Shown piece after piece: positions 1-11,874 of a stretch of 64,000 nt of DNA (position 1 is its first letter; each line of letters starts with the position of its first letter). A model generated the notes under the pieces. The model saw only the letters and a list, made by a program, of their open reading frames with translations, did not search any database and was not told the DNA's origin. The position numbers and the translations under genes were made by a program. Origin of the DNA: Octopus sinensis (lineage: Eukaryota); the NCBI RefSeq assembly GCF_006345805.1, contig NC_043000.1:102176001-102240000 (forward strand). Reading direction: 5' to 3'.

Positions 1-73
1 TTTCTCCACTTGCCTTTTCATTTTTCATATATTTACCCAATTCTATTTCTCTGTCTCTCATATCATACATGCA

Positions 74-126
<53 letters not shown>

Positions 127-510
127 ATATATCCTCAGGATATTAACACGCAGACGCACGCATACACACACGCGCGCACTAGTCCTCCTCTGTCCAGCTC
201 AAACTCACGTATCGACTCTCAATTATACATATACCACCACATATTCTCTCTTTCCCTTTCATCTTTGTGCCTTTGTTGCATAACTGAACTTTCATATGCC
301 CCACACATGCATACATATATAGACATATTCCTATACCTTTGACCACTTCATCAAAAATAATACAAAGACAGACATTAAGCGTGGAGGTTTAAATATAATG
401 AAATGATAAAAAACTATTTTTAAACAGGTATACACATATACACTGAAAAAGAAGGGACATATGCATAGCATACAAACGTTGAAAAAGAGTAGCGGGGAGG
501 AGTATGAGAG

Positions 511-656
511 AGATGTAACTCTCCTGATACAGGACAGCCTCTAGGGATAATACGAAAAGCTTTCTCAACTATAAAGATCTGCAAATTGAAATCACAATAA
601 CATGGAAGCTTAGTACTAAGGCCGCTGAAATAAAGTTATAATGAAAAGAAACCATA

Positions 657-721
<65 letters not shown>

Positions 722-725
722 TAAT
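511..725 (+). mobile_element. R4/Dong-like non-LTR retrotransposon 3' fragment (RLE region) with (TAA)n tail
   Basis: Manual translation gives EKLSNYKDLQIEITITWKLST, resembling the K..KY.DL.IEI..W segment of restriction-like endonuclease domains; followed by a (TAA)n run. Confidence 0.6.
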
Positions 726-2086
726 AAAATACGATAGACGATAATTGATAATAATGCAATAGCTAGAAGTATTTTCATTAGGAAAACTTTTACGTATAAA
801 TGTTTGATTTTTATTGAAGATGGTTCCAATTTTGCAGATTATTCTTTACCATTGTGATTTTAGCAAAATTTTTGATTAGTAAAACAAGTAAAAAAGTTCT
901 TACATTTTTCATTTCGGTATTTCTTATATGAATGTGCATTTTTACATAATTGCAGATATTCGAACACACATATACACTAGTATGGTAAATTTTAGAATTT
1001 AGAAATGATCGAAATTTATGAAAATTTACTAGCTTAAAAATTTATTGAACATTTACAAAGAATTTTCTTTGAATTCATCTAAAGAAATATACTTGCAGTC
1101 GTAACTGATGGAACAAGTTTTATGATTAAATGTAACAAGAATATTAACTGCAAGCATCATTTATGCTACGAACATGGAGTTCATTTATCCGTTTGTGATG
1201 TTCTTTACAAGAAATCTATGATGAAGTAAGTTTAACTAATCACCAATGCAACCATAGCGACGAGTTGGAAGATAAATTTGTGGCTGATTCAGATGTAGAC
1301 ACTGCGTTTATGAATGCGGCTAATATCTATGTCGATCAGCAACAAATTTAATATTGTGAAATAATTCTTATTACAGAAGACCCTTCCACTGAAAAGAAGC
1401 CATGCATTGGCAATGTCATAATTGTCAGTTTATTTGGTAGATTTCCAACAAAAAATTGAATGCTTCGGAATTATGTTATAGAGGAGAATGGTCATAAATT
1501 GCACATAGTCAATTGTATTAACACATGATGGAATGATTTATTTGTAACGTTAGAACGAATCTTGTTCCTTAAAAGCTAAATTGCAAAAGTTATGATGGAT
1601 GTAAGGCAACCTATCGACTTTCCAGACATTGAATTAAATGGTATTCATGCTGCTGTGCCAGTACTGAAACCAATTAAAACTGAAGTTGAAAAACTAAAGC
1701 GGAAGGATGCAACACTGATCTCTGCAGAAGGCGTAGTTGCTTTTATTTTAGAAGAAATGAATTGACAAATAAGTCCAATGTTCCTCTTGCTGGTAGAATG
1801 GATCAAGAAACGAACTGAAAAACACAGGAATAAACATCTGAGAGGATCGAAGAACGACTTAAGAAACTCTCTTTTAAATTTGGAAGAACTTTACTCCTTT
1901 CAAATTTTCCTCTATACACTTCACATCAAAATAGTGCAAAACAAAACTGTATAAAAATGTTCGTCCATCATTTTGTCAGAAGTTTCTCTTATTTCCCATT
2001 CCGAATCTGAACACCCTGGTAATTGAAGCACTCACTCCTTCAAAAAGAAATGTTCCAACTACCGAGATTATATGTTATCACAATTA

Positions 2087-3351
2087 CGAGGGGCGTTCAA
2101 TAAGTAATGCCCCTGACCCACTTGCAGTTGTTTGATCTAGCTGAAATTTTGCATGTGCACTTATTTATACCTCTATAGATTAAGTGGTGAATTACAGCTC
2201 TGAACTAATTGTGGTTTCTGATTTACAGGTGTTTGAACTGAGTCAAGTGTGAAATGGAGCCTGTTGAGTGTCGAGCAGTGATCTGGTTTTTGTATTTGAA
2301 AGGACGCACACCACGGGAGACTTTTGATGATATGAAAGTAACTTATGGTGATGATGCCCCAACATATGACCTTGTAAAACGCTGGCATTGTGAATTCAAA
2401 CATAGTCGGAACTCTGTGGAAACAGCTCCCAGATCTGGTCGCCCCCTTCTGCCGTTGATGAGACGTCTGTCCGTCAAGTTGAGGCTGCCATTTTGGAAGG
2501 TCAACGCATAACTATTCGCCAAATAGCCCATAAGGTCAAGATTAGTACCGGGTCTGTGGAAACTATCATTCATGACCATTTGCATATGCAAAAGGTGTCT
2601 GCCAGATGGATTTCCAGGTTGCTCACACCTTTCCAGAAGCAAGAACGCGTTGAGTGCTCGAGGATGAATTTGGAGATGTGCCAAGAAGATGAGTCAAAAC
2701 TTTTCAAAAGACTGATCACACAGGATAAAACCTGGGTCCATCACTATGATCCATAGACCAAAGCCCAGTCAATGCAGCGAAAGCACCGTGACTCACCTCC
2801 TCCAAAGAAGGCAAGGGTGCAGCCCTCCGCTGACAAGGTTATGCTCACAGTCTTCTGGGACCAGGACGGAGTAGTGATGACAGATTTCCTGGCAAAGGGT
2901 ACCACAATTACAGGAGCCTATTATGCTTCCCTTTTGAGGAAATTAAGAGAAGCTATCAAAATCAAGAGGCGGGGCAAGATCAGCAAAGGCATCCTCCTCC
3001 TGCAGGACAACGCTCCGGTCCACAACTCGCGTGTCGCCAGATCAGCAGCACATGCGTGCAGCTATGAACTCCTCCCCTTGCACCCTCTGATTTTCACCTC
3101 TTCCCAGCCATGAAGTTGATTTTTGAAAGGAAAGCGTTTCCCAGATGATGCAGCCTTGATTTCTGAAGTCACGTCGTGGTTGGAGGACCAAGCTGGGGTC
3201 TTCTACAAAAACGGTCTCCAGAGCTGTATCAAACGATGGGAGAAATGCATAACTCTGGGTAGTTCCTATGTAGGAAAATAACTGTGCCAAGTGTCGTTGC
3301 TCTACTGCTATGGGAAGTGGGTCAGGGGCATTACTTATTGAACGCCCCTCG
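2087..3351 (+). mobile_element. Full-length mariner (DD34D-type) element, 1265 bp
   Basis: Perfect 37-bp TIRs (2087-2123 and 3315-3351), TA TSDs at 2085-2086 and 3352-3353, transposase inside. Confidence 0.97.
2254..3281 (+). pseudogene. Mariner transposase pseudogene
   Basis: ORFs 2254-2511, 2493-2756 and 2772-3113 give the HTH/RSGRP, ITQDKTWVHHYDP and LLQDNAPVH motifs. Lesions: frameshift near 2450, TAG at 2754-2756 (YDP*TK), and a deletion removing YSPDL near 3075. Confidence 0.93.
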
Positions 3352-4059
3352 TAAGAAAGCTGTTGAAAACAAACAGAATATTCATTCGTCTTATGATCCA
3401 AAAAACATTGTTAGAGATGAAAACGTTTGAAATTACAGAAGATAAATTATTAACTTCCAGAAAGTATTCTTTTCTCTCAGTACCATTTCTCTAACTTCCA
3501 TTGAAACGATAATAGCCTGTTCTGCTCTACAGCTTTTTGTTACAATATGTCGGTCAAGTTTGAATGACATCACCCACAATGTCAGCCTCTTGAGAGAATA
3601 CTAACAATCTGATTGAGTTAATCTTAATATACACGAACATTTTAATATTTTTCGTAAAATACTAGTTTTCTACACAAGTGTACGTTTTATATTAGAGTAT
3701 TTTCGTGTTCATTATTCTTCTTTTTAGTATACAAATCAGTAGCTCATTAAATAAGAAAGAAAAAATATGAGAGATAAAAATTGCAATCTATTCCGGGAAA
3801 TTCCCGGTAATCCTGGATCTTTTATTTTAAACTCCTGATTTCTGCTAATGTCAATTTTCGGGAAATTCAGAAACTCTAGTCAACTCAGGCTTTAAGTAGC
3901 ACTTTTTCTGTAATTATACTATTGTTTCGAATGTAATACCACATACATACACACACACAGACACACACACATACACGTATATGTGTATGTATATCAGTTG
4001 GTCATGCAATAAGTATTTATTGCATGAAATGAATTAATTTCGGAATTAATTCATGAAGA

Positions 4060-5800
4060 GAAATCATAGTTTCATAACGTAGCTTTAGAGAATGTTTTAT
4101 ATACGGAAAATATAAAAAAGAGACTCGCAAATATATATTTACTTACCTCATTTACAAATTGATTGAGTTCTTCGATCTTTCAGGGCAAATATATATTTAT
4201 TACATTTCCTTTTAATTATTTGTGCGAGAATCTTTTTTAACTGACATGAGACAAAGCTGAAAGTCTTTTCTTTCCTATTGAAGTTCATTTAATTCTCTTC
4301 AATGCAGAAAAGTACCACTCTACTCAAGCAGAATTGTAGACAGAATTGTTAAAAGCAAATTCCAAAGATCGATGAGTTCTGGTAGAGTATCAAGAAGGTC
4401 ATTGATATAAATCTAAATGATTATATTACATATACTTTTGCTTCTTAAAATTTTCCATTATTTATATAACATGTACTTCATTGCACGCTTCAAGATTCTC
4501 GTAAATACTTTCAAAAAGGCAGACTAGGAAATTACAATTTTCTTTTGTATTATTAATGAAATGAAGCTAGTAATTTCATCTTTTTTAACAATGTTATTTA
4601 ACTCATTGGCTATTTTGGGTGATTGTATAAGAAACGTACCCAATCCATTTGTAGAAAAAATATCTTGCATTCTTTTATAGCAGAGCATGCTTGTGAAATA
4701 ACTAAATTACAGACTATTGTCCTGCCTCTGTTGTGGCACCATCATAGGTCTGTGTAATTAAGAAGGCGGCGAGCTGGCAGAAACGTTAGCACGCCGGGCG
4801 AAATGCGTAGCCGTATTTCGTCTGCCGTTACGTTCTGAGTTCAAATTCCGCCGAGGTCGACTTTACCTTTCATCCTTCCGGGGTCGATAAATTGAGTACC
4901 AGTTACTCACTGGGTCGATATAATCGACTTAAACCGTTTGTCCGTTCTTATTTGTCCTCTCTGTGTTTAGCTCCTTGTGGGTAGTTAAGAAATAGGTTTG
5001 TGTAATTAATTTATTTTCACTCTTCCATGTGTGAACGTATTTAAAAACATGTTCAGATGAGGCATTTTCTGAACGGTTAAAAATAGATAAATCATTCTTT
5101 AGCAACGCATCTTCTGCAAAACAGCGCAAAGAGTTTGCTTAAATTCATTTTCTATTTACTTCAATATTACTTTCTTTAATTGTATCACTCAGGTCATTTT
5201 GAATTCCATTTGAACGACATGAGAAAATAAACTGTGCCTTTTTTTTGCCGATTTTTCATCACACTGATTAAATATAAAAGTTTCTTACTCTCCCGTAATT
5301 ATCAGCTGGTTCAGACTTGATATGACCACGATATGATAATTCATGATGATCTAAAAAAATAGCTGCAACAATAAATCATCGCAGAATAGCACTGTTTCGC
5401 TTAACTTCATTATGCTGTTGTATGCTCAGTCTTTTTATGCGCATCTAAATGTAAGTCTATGCGAACATTTCTTAATGTTTTAAGATCGATCCGGATTTTA
5501 TGTCTTTGAGAATGTTTATATTTTAGCATGATCTGATGTAGATTATTTAAATCATCGTAACCTTTATCATTCCAAATAATTATTTTTCCTAAACTATATA
5601 ACAAGTTTACCAGCAAAATAACTTATTTAGCTAAGCATTTTTTTCCTTTCATATATAATAGTTTGAAACTGTTTAACACATATTTTATTGGAGCCTTGCA
5701 AATTAGATAATTTTGGCATTGGTCTGTCATAATTTATAATTAATTGCTTCTCTTTAAAGTTTTTTTTCTGGAGAAACTAGTTTTCAAAAGTTCTACAACA
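4060..5800 (-). mobile_element. Decayed hAT transposase remnant of ZMYM1/DUF4371 type
   Basis: Minus-strand peptides WNDKGYDDLNNLH, HNEVKRNSAILR..FLDHHELSYRGH, SNGIQNDL and C-terminal FSALKRIK..SIGKKRLSALS. Interrupted by the SINE at 4762. Ends not identified. Confidence 0.65.
4762..4991 (+). mobile_element. tRNA-derived SINE family 1, tail type A (Tx1-like tail)
   Basis: A-box-like TGGCAGAAACGTTAG, B-box-like GAGTTCAAATTCC, tail ...TTGTGGGTAGTTAAGAA. 18-bp TSD ATAGGT(C/T)TGTGTAATTAA at 4744-4761 and 4992-5009. Confidence 0.9.
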
Positions 5801-6080
5801 CACAGTTTATTCATTTGGGTTAATATTTCGAAAGTTCAAAAGATATTCAAGAAACAAATAAAAGTGGCAACGTTTTGATGCAACTGCATGTGTGTAAGTG
5901 TATGCGAATCGTGTGAGAGAGTGAATGTATGTGAGTTGTGTGTGTGTCCTTTCTATGAAATATAAGGAGTTACTCTAAAAGCTAACTTGATTAAAGGAAA
6001 GATAATATTAGTAAATCAAGGTTTAATTAACAATAGTAACAAAAGAAAAATAACAGTATGTTTCTCTTTCAAACGTTACA

Positions 6081-6502
6081 AGGCGCAGGAGTGGCTGTGT
6101 GGTAAGTAGCTTGTTTACCAACCACATGGATCCGGGTTCAGTCCCACTGCGTGGCACCTTGGGCAAGTGTCTGCTACTATAGCCTCGGGCCGACCAAAGC
6201 CTTGTGAGTGGATTTGGTAGACGGAAACTGAAAGAAGCCTGTCGTATATATGTATATATATATATAAGTGTGTGTGTATATGTTTGTGTGTCTGTGTTTG
6301 TCCCCCTAGCATTGCTTGACAACCGATTCTGGTGTGTTTACGTCCCCGTTAATTAGCGGTTCGGCAAAAAGAGACCGATAGAATAAGTACTGGGCTTACA
6401 AAAGAATAAGTCCCGGGATCGAGTTACTCGATTAAAGGCGGTGCTCCAGCATGGCCGCAGTCAAATGACTGAAACAAGTAAAAGAGTAAAGAGTAAAGAG
6501 TA
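6081..6502 (+). mobile_element. tRNA-derived SINE family 2 (CORE-like ACCTTGGGCAAG, internal microsatellite, (GAGTAAA)n tail)
   Basis: Pol III-like head GGCTGTGTGGTAAG...GGGTTCAGTCCC; closely similar copy at 36743-37175. Confidence 0.85.
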
Positions 6503-6949
6503 TATCAAACATATGATATCAAACGTTAAATAAATATGTGCTTCCCGAGTGAACTTTCTTTTACAGTCGGCAATGCGTGTGTGCTTCTGGTCACTGAATC
6601 TCACAGAGTATTTTGGTTAGATGGGTTAAGTTATCACTATTTTAGCGATTTTTCACGTGTTTCACACGGGATCGATCTACCAACGCCTTTTGTCATTCAG
6701 CCATCGTTTTTAGGCCAATCGACTATTTAGCGGCATCAGATACAAATAAATAGCAGAGAGATATTGACGCATGCAGAGAGAGCGGCAGAGAGGTGAAGCT
6801 ACATGTATTTTAGGAACTGCATACCTTTCAACGATATGTAATGATATGCAATGACATCACAGTGAAAGGGATTTTTTATGGTTACACTAATGCAAATATA
6901 TTGGTTGCATTGTTGTTCAATAGCATGGATAAGTTTTTTCTTTATTTCA

Positions 6950-7560
6950 TTTCTCACTCGAATTATTTTCAACGATTGTACATGCAAATAAATCCATGAC
7001 CATGCAATCTACGGTCATACAAAACAAGACTTGCATACTCAGAATGATACCACTGATATACTGTCCTCCTGCCTTTGGTGTGACAACATAAATACGACCA
7101 AGTGTTTCTTATTCGAGAACGTTCAAATGGCCTTCAACTTTTTTCCTTGCTTTCTTCTTTGCCATTCTTTGCTACTACTGTTCCAAATGAAATACATGGG
7201 TACTTCAGCATAAAGCAATGTTGTTGCAAAGTCATCATTGATGCACGATGAGAGGAATTTTCTCATATGTCACTAATTTACAGCCACGTATATCCTGATA
7301 ATTTCTTAGCAATATTCTTTGTTCATCTGGTAGATGAACCTGCAGTTTCACTATTGTAGGTGCTCTTTCATGAACTGAAAATCCTAAAATAGATGCAACT
7401 GCTTCGGATTGTCCATTATACCTACCTATTAGACATTGAAAAATTTCCTATCATATCATTTCCTTTCAGTGTGTACTGGATGACGTATTTAATTGACCTC
7501 ACTGAGGCAACGATTTCAACGTTGCAGTGACATTTGAATGTTCTTAAAAGAATCTCATTA
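6950..7560 (-). mobile_element. Helitron RepHel remnant (region after the Rep catalytic motifs)
   Basis: ORF 7422-7619 VVPYNEILLRTFKCHCNVEIVASVRSIKYV; next frames EAVASILGFSVHERAPTIVKLQVHLPDEQ and LYAEVPMYFIWNSSSKEWQRRKQG, typical Helitron motifs. Confidence 0.85.
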
Positions 7561-8573
7561 TAAGGTACAACACATTCGTTGTTTGTTTTTACAATCTTAT
7601 GAGATTCAACTCCACCCATTGCAACTGATCATCGTCTATAAAGAGGTATCTCCCTCTCTCTCTCTCTCCCTCTCTCTGTTTTTCTTTTTTTTTCATTAAG
7701 ATGATAAAGATTAATATTTTATTTTGAAAAAAAATAGTAATTTTCCCCTTTAAGAAAAAAAAAAAAATCAAGTAGACGTGATTCAAAATTGTCTCATAAA
7801 AATATAGGGAGAATTTCTATCTTTCAAGCCTACAGCACTCGCAAAAAAAAATTAAGAAAAAGGACGGAGGGCGGTAGCTGACAGGATTCTTTGAAGTATC
7901 GACATTTTCAACTTGATTTTTTTTCTTAAAAAGAGAAATGACTATTTTATTTGTAATCTTTATCTTCTTAATCAAATGGTAGGAAAACAGACAAACTGAG
8001 TTTTAGTGTGTGAGTGTGTGTGGTGTGTGTACGTGTGTGTGAGAGAGAGAGAGTAGTTAAAGAGAAGAAGAAAACAGAGAGAAGAGAGACGCAGTAATTT
8101 ATTAGATCTTAGATATATTATAGATATTAGATATATTACAGATACATATTCAAGTTGCAAGGTAGAAATAGCCCTTTAGAGCTATTTTTAGAGCTTGAAA
8201 GATTCAGCAACTGATCGAGGCTATATTGCAGATTATGCAACACTGTGTATATAATGGGAAAACGATTATACATAGCAAAGCAAACAAGCGTATAATCTAC
8301 TAGCATGAAGCATATGTGTATATTCCACCACATCTAATCTTGAGATCATGATATTAAGTAGTTGGAAGCTTGTTTTTGAGTTCAAGTGTATCTAATAACA
8401 GTAATTACAATAACCCAAGTAATTATAATAACTTTAATAATGCCAGTAGTAATAATTGCGCTACTAGCTGCTCCAACAACAATATTTATCATAGTAATTA
8501 CTGCAATAATTCTAATTGTAATAATAACAATAATAATAATGATAATAATAATGATGATGATGAGGATAATAAC

Positions 8574-8605
<32 letters not shown>

Positions 8606-8644
8606 TAATAATAATAATAATGATAATAATAATAATAATAATAA

Positions 8645-8711
<67 letters not shown>

Positions 8712-8712
<1 letters not shown>

Positions 8713-8835
8713 CATACAGTGTCATTAGGAACAGCTAGAATACTTAGGAGTGTTATTGGCATTTAAGGTTACTTGTTAGAGGCTGATTTTAGGAATTTTT
8801 CTTTTCCAGCAGTCTAATATGTAATGCGTATATGA

Positions 8836-8895
<60 letters not shown>
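8712..8895 (+). mobile_element. R4/Dong-like extreme 3' fragment with 3' UTR and (TAA)n tail
   Basis: TVSLGTARILRSVIGI* matches the C-terminus of R4/Dong-type ORFs; about 70 nt of UTR, then (TAA)n. Confidence 0.75.
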
Positions 8896-8896
<1 letters not shown>

Positions 8897-10470
8897 TCAT
8901 CAGTGACCTTAGGTTCTGACACTGAGCGCAAAAAGTCTTTAAATCAGGACCAACCTCCTCAAGGAGGATATTCCCGAAACTGACGCTCAGGATCAACTAC
9001 CAAGCCTATCTCAAAGAAACCTATCTCAAAGAAATAGAAATACAAGACAGAAGTGGACTAAAGAGGAATATAACGAAGTTATGCATGCTTATTATTATTC
9101 AACATTAAACCCAGTAACATCAACCACACGAAGAGAGACCTACAATATCTAGAGATGCAAAAACCCGCATACCAGGCTGTACATGGACAGTATAATAAAT
9201 TTGGAGTGGTGAGCCTTAATATCATAAAAAGTAAAAGACTAACTATCAGTGAAATTGACAAAATAGTCAGATAAGTCAATAGTCAGCTCAGTATAAAACA
9301 CACGCACTTATGCTCACAGGCAAAAAGCTCTGAAATCATTAATTCAAACCAGGAAACTAGGTGCACAAAAAACTAAGAAGGTGGACCATCAGTTGATACT
9401 AAAAACACTATAAATGATCACGTCAACAATGAACTGCTAGATGGAATACTAGTACAATATCTAATACAACTACATCAACCTTTCCACAAAAGAGCCCCAC
9501 TTCCCAAAATTATTAATAGTAATAAAAACAGAAAAGTAATCAAAGACGTTGATCAAGCACTTGGAAAGCTGATACTACAACTCCTTGAGAATAGTAGAGA
9601 AAATGCCCTCGATATGATTGATCAACTCATTTACTCAGCTACTTTTGTTGCAACTCAGAAATGCGGTATTAAAATTAGAGATAGAAAAAAGTGCAACGTA
9701 CACAAACAGCTTGCATGTCTGAAAAGAATAAGCCGGCAACTAATCCAACTAAGAGCAGATTTATATTTTCTACTTGAAGCAAGCAAAGGGTAAACTAATA
9801 AACTAATAAATCCAACAAACTAATAAGAATAATTGCTAAACATAACCTTTACAAGAAAACAAAGGATACACAGATTGAAATCCTCAAGCAAAAACTACAA
9901 TTAGAAACCAGACGACTGGCAAGATACAAAACAACGCACATCATTTCATAGACAAAACATACTATTCAAGGAAACACAAAGAAATTCTACAACACCTCCT
10001 CCCCAGCAACAAATTGAAGATTTTTTGAAAATATTTGGAGTAATCCAGAGGTGTTTAATTAGAATGCACATTGGGCCAGGGACATCGAAGAAGCCAAAGC
10101 TCACCTCAAACATCAAGAATGGCAGAATATAACAACTGAAGAAGTGAAAGCGGCGCTCGCCAAGTCAAAGAAATGGAAATCCCCAGGTATAGAGAAGATT
10201 CCAATTTTTGGCTAAACTCTTTAATGAGCACCCACCACAACTTAGCCGAAGCACTCAATGAAGTCATATCAAACCCTGCGAAAGCTCCAAAGTGGCTTAC
10301 AGAAAGGATTATATATATCTTACCAAAAAACAGAAGAAAGTACTAACCCCACAAAATACCGACCGATACCATGCCTCACCACCATATATAATCTATTAAC
10401 ATCTATAATAGCGAATAGAGCATATTAATTCTTGGACAATAGGAAATTATTCCCAGTGGAACAAACTGTA
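8896..10470 (+). mobile_element. R4/Dong-like retrotransposon 5' half (N-terminus to start of RT), 3'-truncated and decayed
   Basis: RQKWTKEEYNEVMHAYYYS, LKQKLQLETRRLARYK, EWQNITTEEVKAALAKSKKWKSPG, KYRPIPCLTTIYNLLT, FPVEQ. Starts directly after a (TAA)n run. Confidence 0.8.
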
Positions 10471-10744
10471 TGAACAGGACTTCATATGAAAAGTATGTTC
10501 ACATTTCCGAATATTCAGGGAAAAAGGAAACTATAGATATTCACAGAAATTGTAAATATCAAAGTTTTAAGAATTTTTAAAGATGATCCCCCAGATAAAG
10601 TTGTGTGATCGCCCAGATGAAGTTGCAGATATGTAAGTTTCTAACCATATTTTGGGAGAAGAATCCATGCGACTTTGGAACCGAACCAAATAATTTTAAA
10701 TATTACATGTAGCTCCTACTAAATTTACTGAGTGTCCTTTTCTT

Positions 10745-11080
<336 letters not shown>

Positions 11081-11084
11081 TATT

Positions 11085-11330
11085 TTTCCCTCACGGGCTA
11101 CTTTTTACTGGAAGGCAATACTTTGTATTGCATTACTGATATTTTGAAACTTCTTCACCGTTTCTCGTACTGTTAGCGTTCCGTATTTCAGTCGAGTGTG
11201 TTAGTATTTATGTGGTAACATCGTAGTTTCGTCTTGGTATATGTTTGGCTGAAGAAGGTAAAGCAAATATGGGTGAGAGACATATCTTGCAAAACCTGAA
11301 ACCTGCAGGTACCACATTATCCATTTTATA
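11085..11330 (+). mobile_element. Short hammerhead-bearing non-autonomous element (Penelope pLTR-like) between (TA)n tracts
   Basis: Its first ~90 bp closely match 56405-56500; contains the hammerhead at 11236-11322. Confidence 0.6.
11236..11322 (+). ncRNA. Type I hammerhead ribozyme (candidate, intact core)
   Basis: CTGAAGA 11249-11255; stem II AGGT/ACCT extended by GCAA/TTGC and ATATG/CATAT; GAAA 11298-11301; stem III ACC-TGCA-GGT; GUA cleavage after 11311; bulged stem I. Confidence 0.75.
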
Positions 11331-11427
11331 TATATATATATGTAAAACCTTAGGGCTGCAAGACAAGACAAAAGTGGGTAACACAAAGTAGAAATGAAAA
11401 ACTATAGACACGACATGGGGTAGAGCG

Positions 11428-11735
11428 AAGTGCTCAGAAAATCGTGACCAGTCCGGTCGAAGGCAACGTGAAAAAGAAAGACACCGCCTTAGGCCGTCAG
11501 GGATCACGCGATAGTGGGAGGTTGGTAACAGAGAAAGGCAGAGAGAGACAGATAGACAGACAGAGATACAGAGAGAGAGGGGGGAAATTAAGAGACGCGA
11601 TGAGCTCAGAAAGTCGTGACCAGTCCGGTCGAAGCCATTGCGAAAAGAATGATACCGCCTTAGGCCATCCCGGATCACGTGATAGTGGGAGGAGGGTAAC
11701 AGAGGAAGATAGACAGCGAGAGAGAGAGAGGAAAT
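11428..11735. repeat. Two diverged tandem copies (~170-bp period) of a GC-rich unit plus a GA-rich microsatellite
   Basis: GCTCAGAAA.TCGTGACCAGTCCGGTCGAAG...CCGCCTTAGGCC..GGATCACG.GATAGTGGGAGG occurs near 11432 and near 11604. Confidence 0.85.
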
Positions 11736-11874
11736 AAGCCAAGCAATATAAAGGAAAGAGACAGAGTAGCACAAAAATATTCCAAGAATATATATGATTA
11801 GAATTATTTTTTAAGTTATTAACTATTTAACAGGAATTTCTTTACTTTGACAAAATGTCGCCATTGTGGAGGAA

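Larger units (their letters stand above)
770..3878 (+). mobile_element. Decayed hAT DNA transposon (copy 1), interrupted by a mariner
   Basis: Broken-frame motifs AVVTDGTSFM, HHLCYEHGVHLSVCDVLY, T*WNDLFVTLER and C-terminal TISLTSIET...LFVTICRSSLND (hAT dimerisation domain). Right end ...CGGGAAATTCAGAAACTCTA. Homologous to 43899-48390. Confidence 0.75.

Noticed and set aside
5375-5415. Hammerhead-like ATAATGAAGTTAAGCGAAACAG on the minus strand
   Set aside because: It is coding sequence of the hAT remnant (HNEVKRN), and the core and stems are not satisfied.
8370-8766. Poly-N/poly-I/poly-L ORFs (also 569-829 and 35584-35870)
   Set aside because: Trinucleotide repeats; only the last 16 codons of 8386-8766 are real (R4/Dong C-terminus).
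8896-9000. Possible HDV-like ribozyme at the R4/Dong 5' end
   Set aside because: Hairpins exist (CTGAGCG/CGCTCAG, CCTCC/GGAGG), but I could not build the nested double pseudoknot or a C-N-A-A junction.
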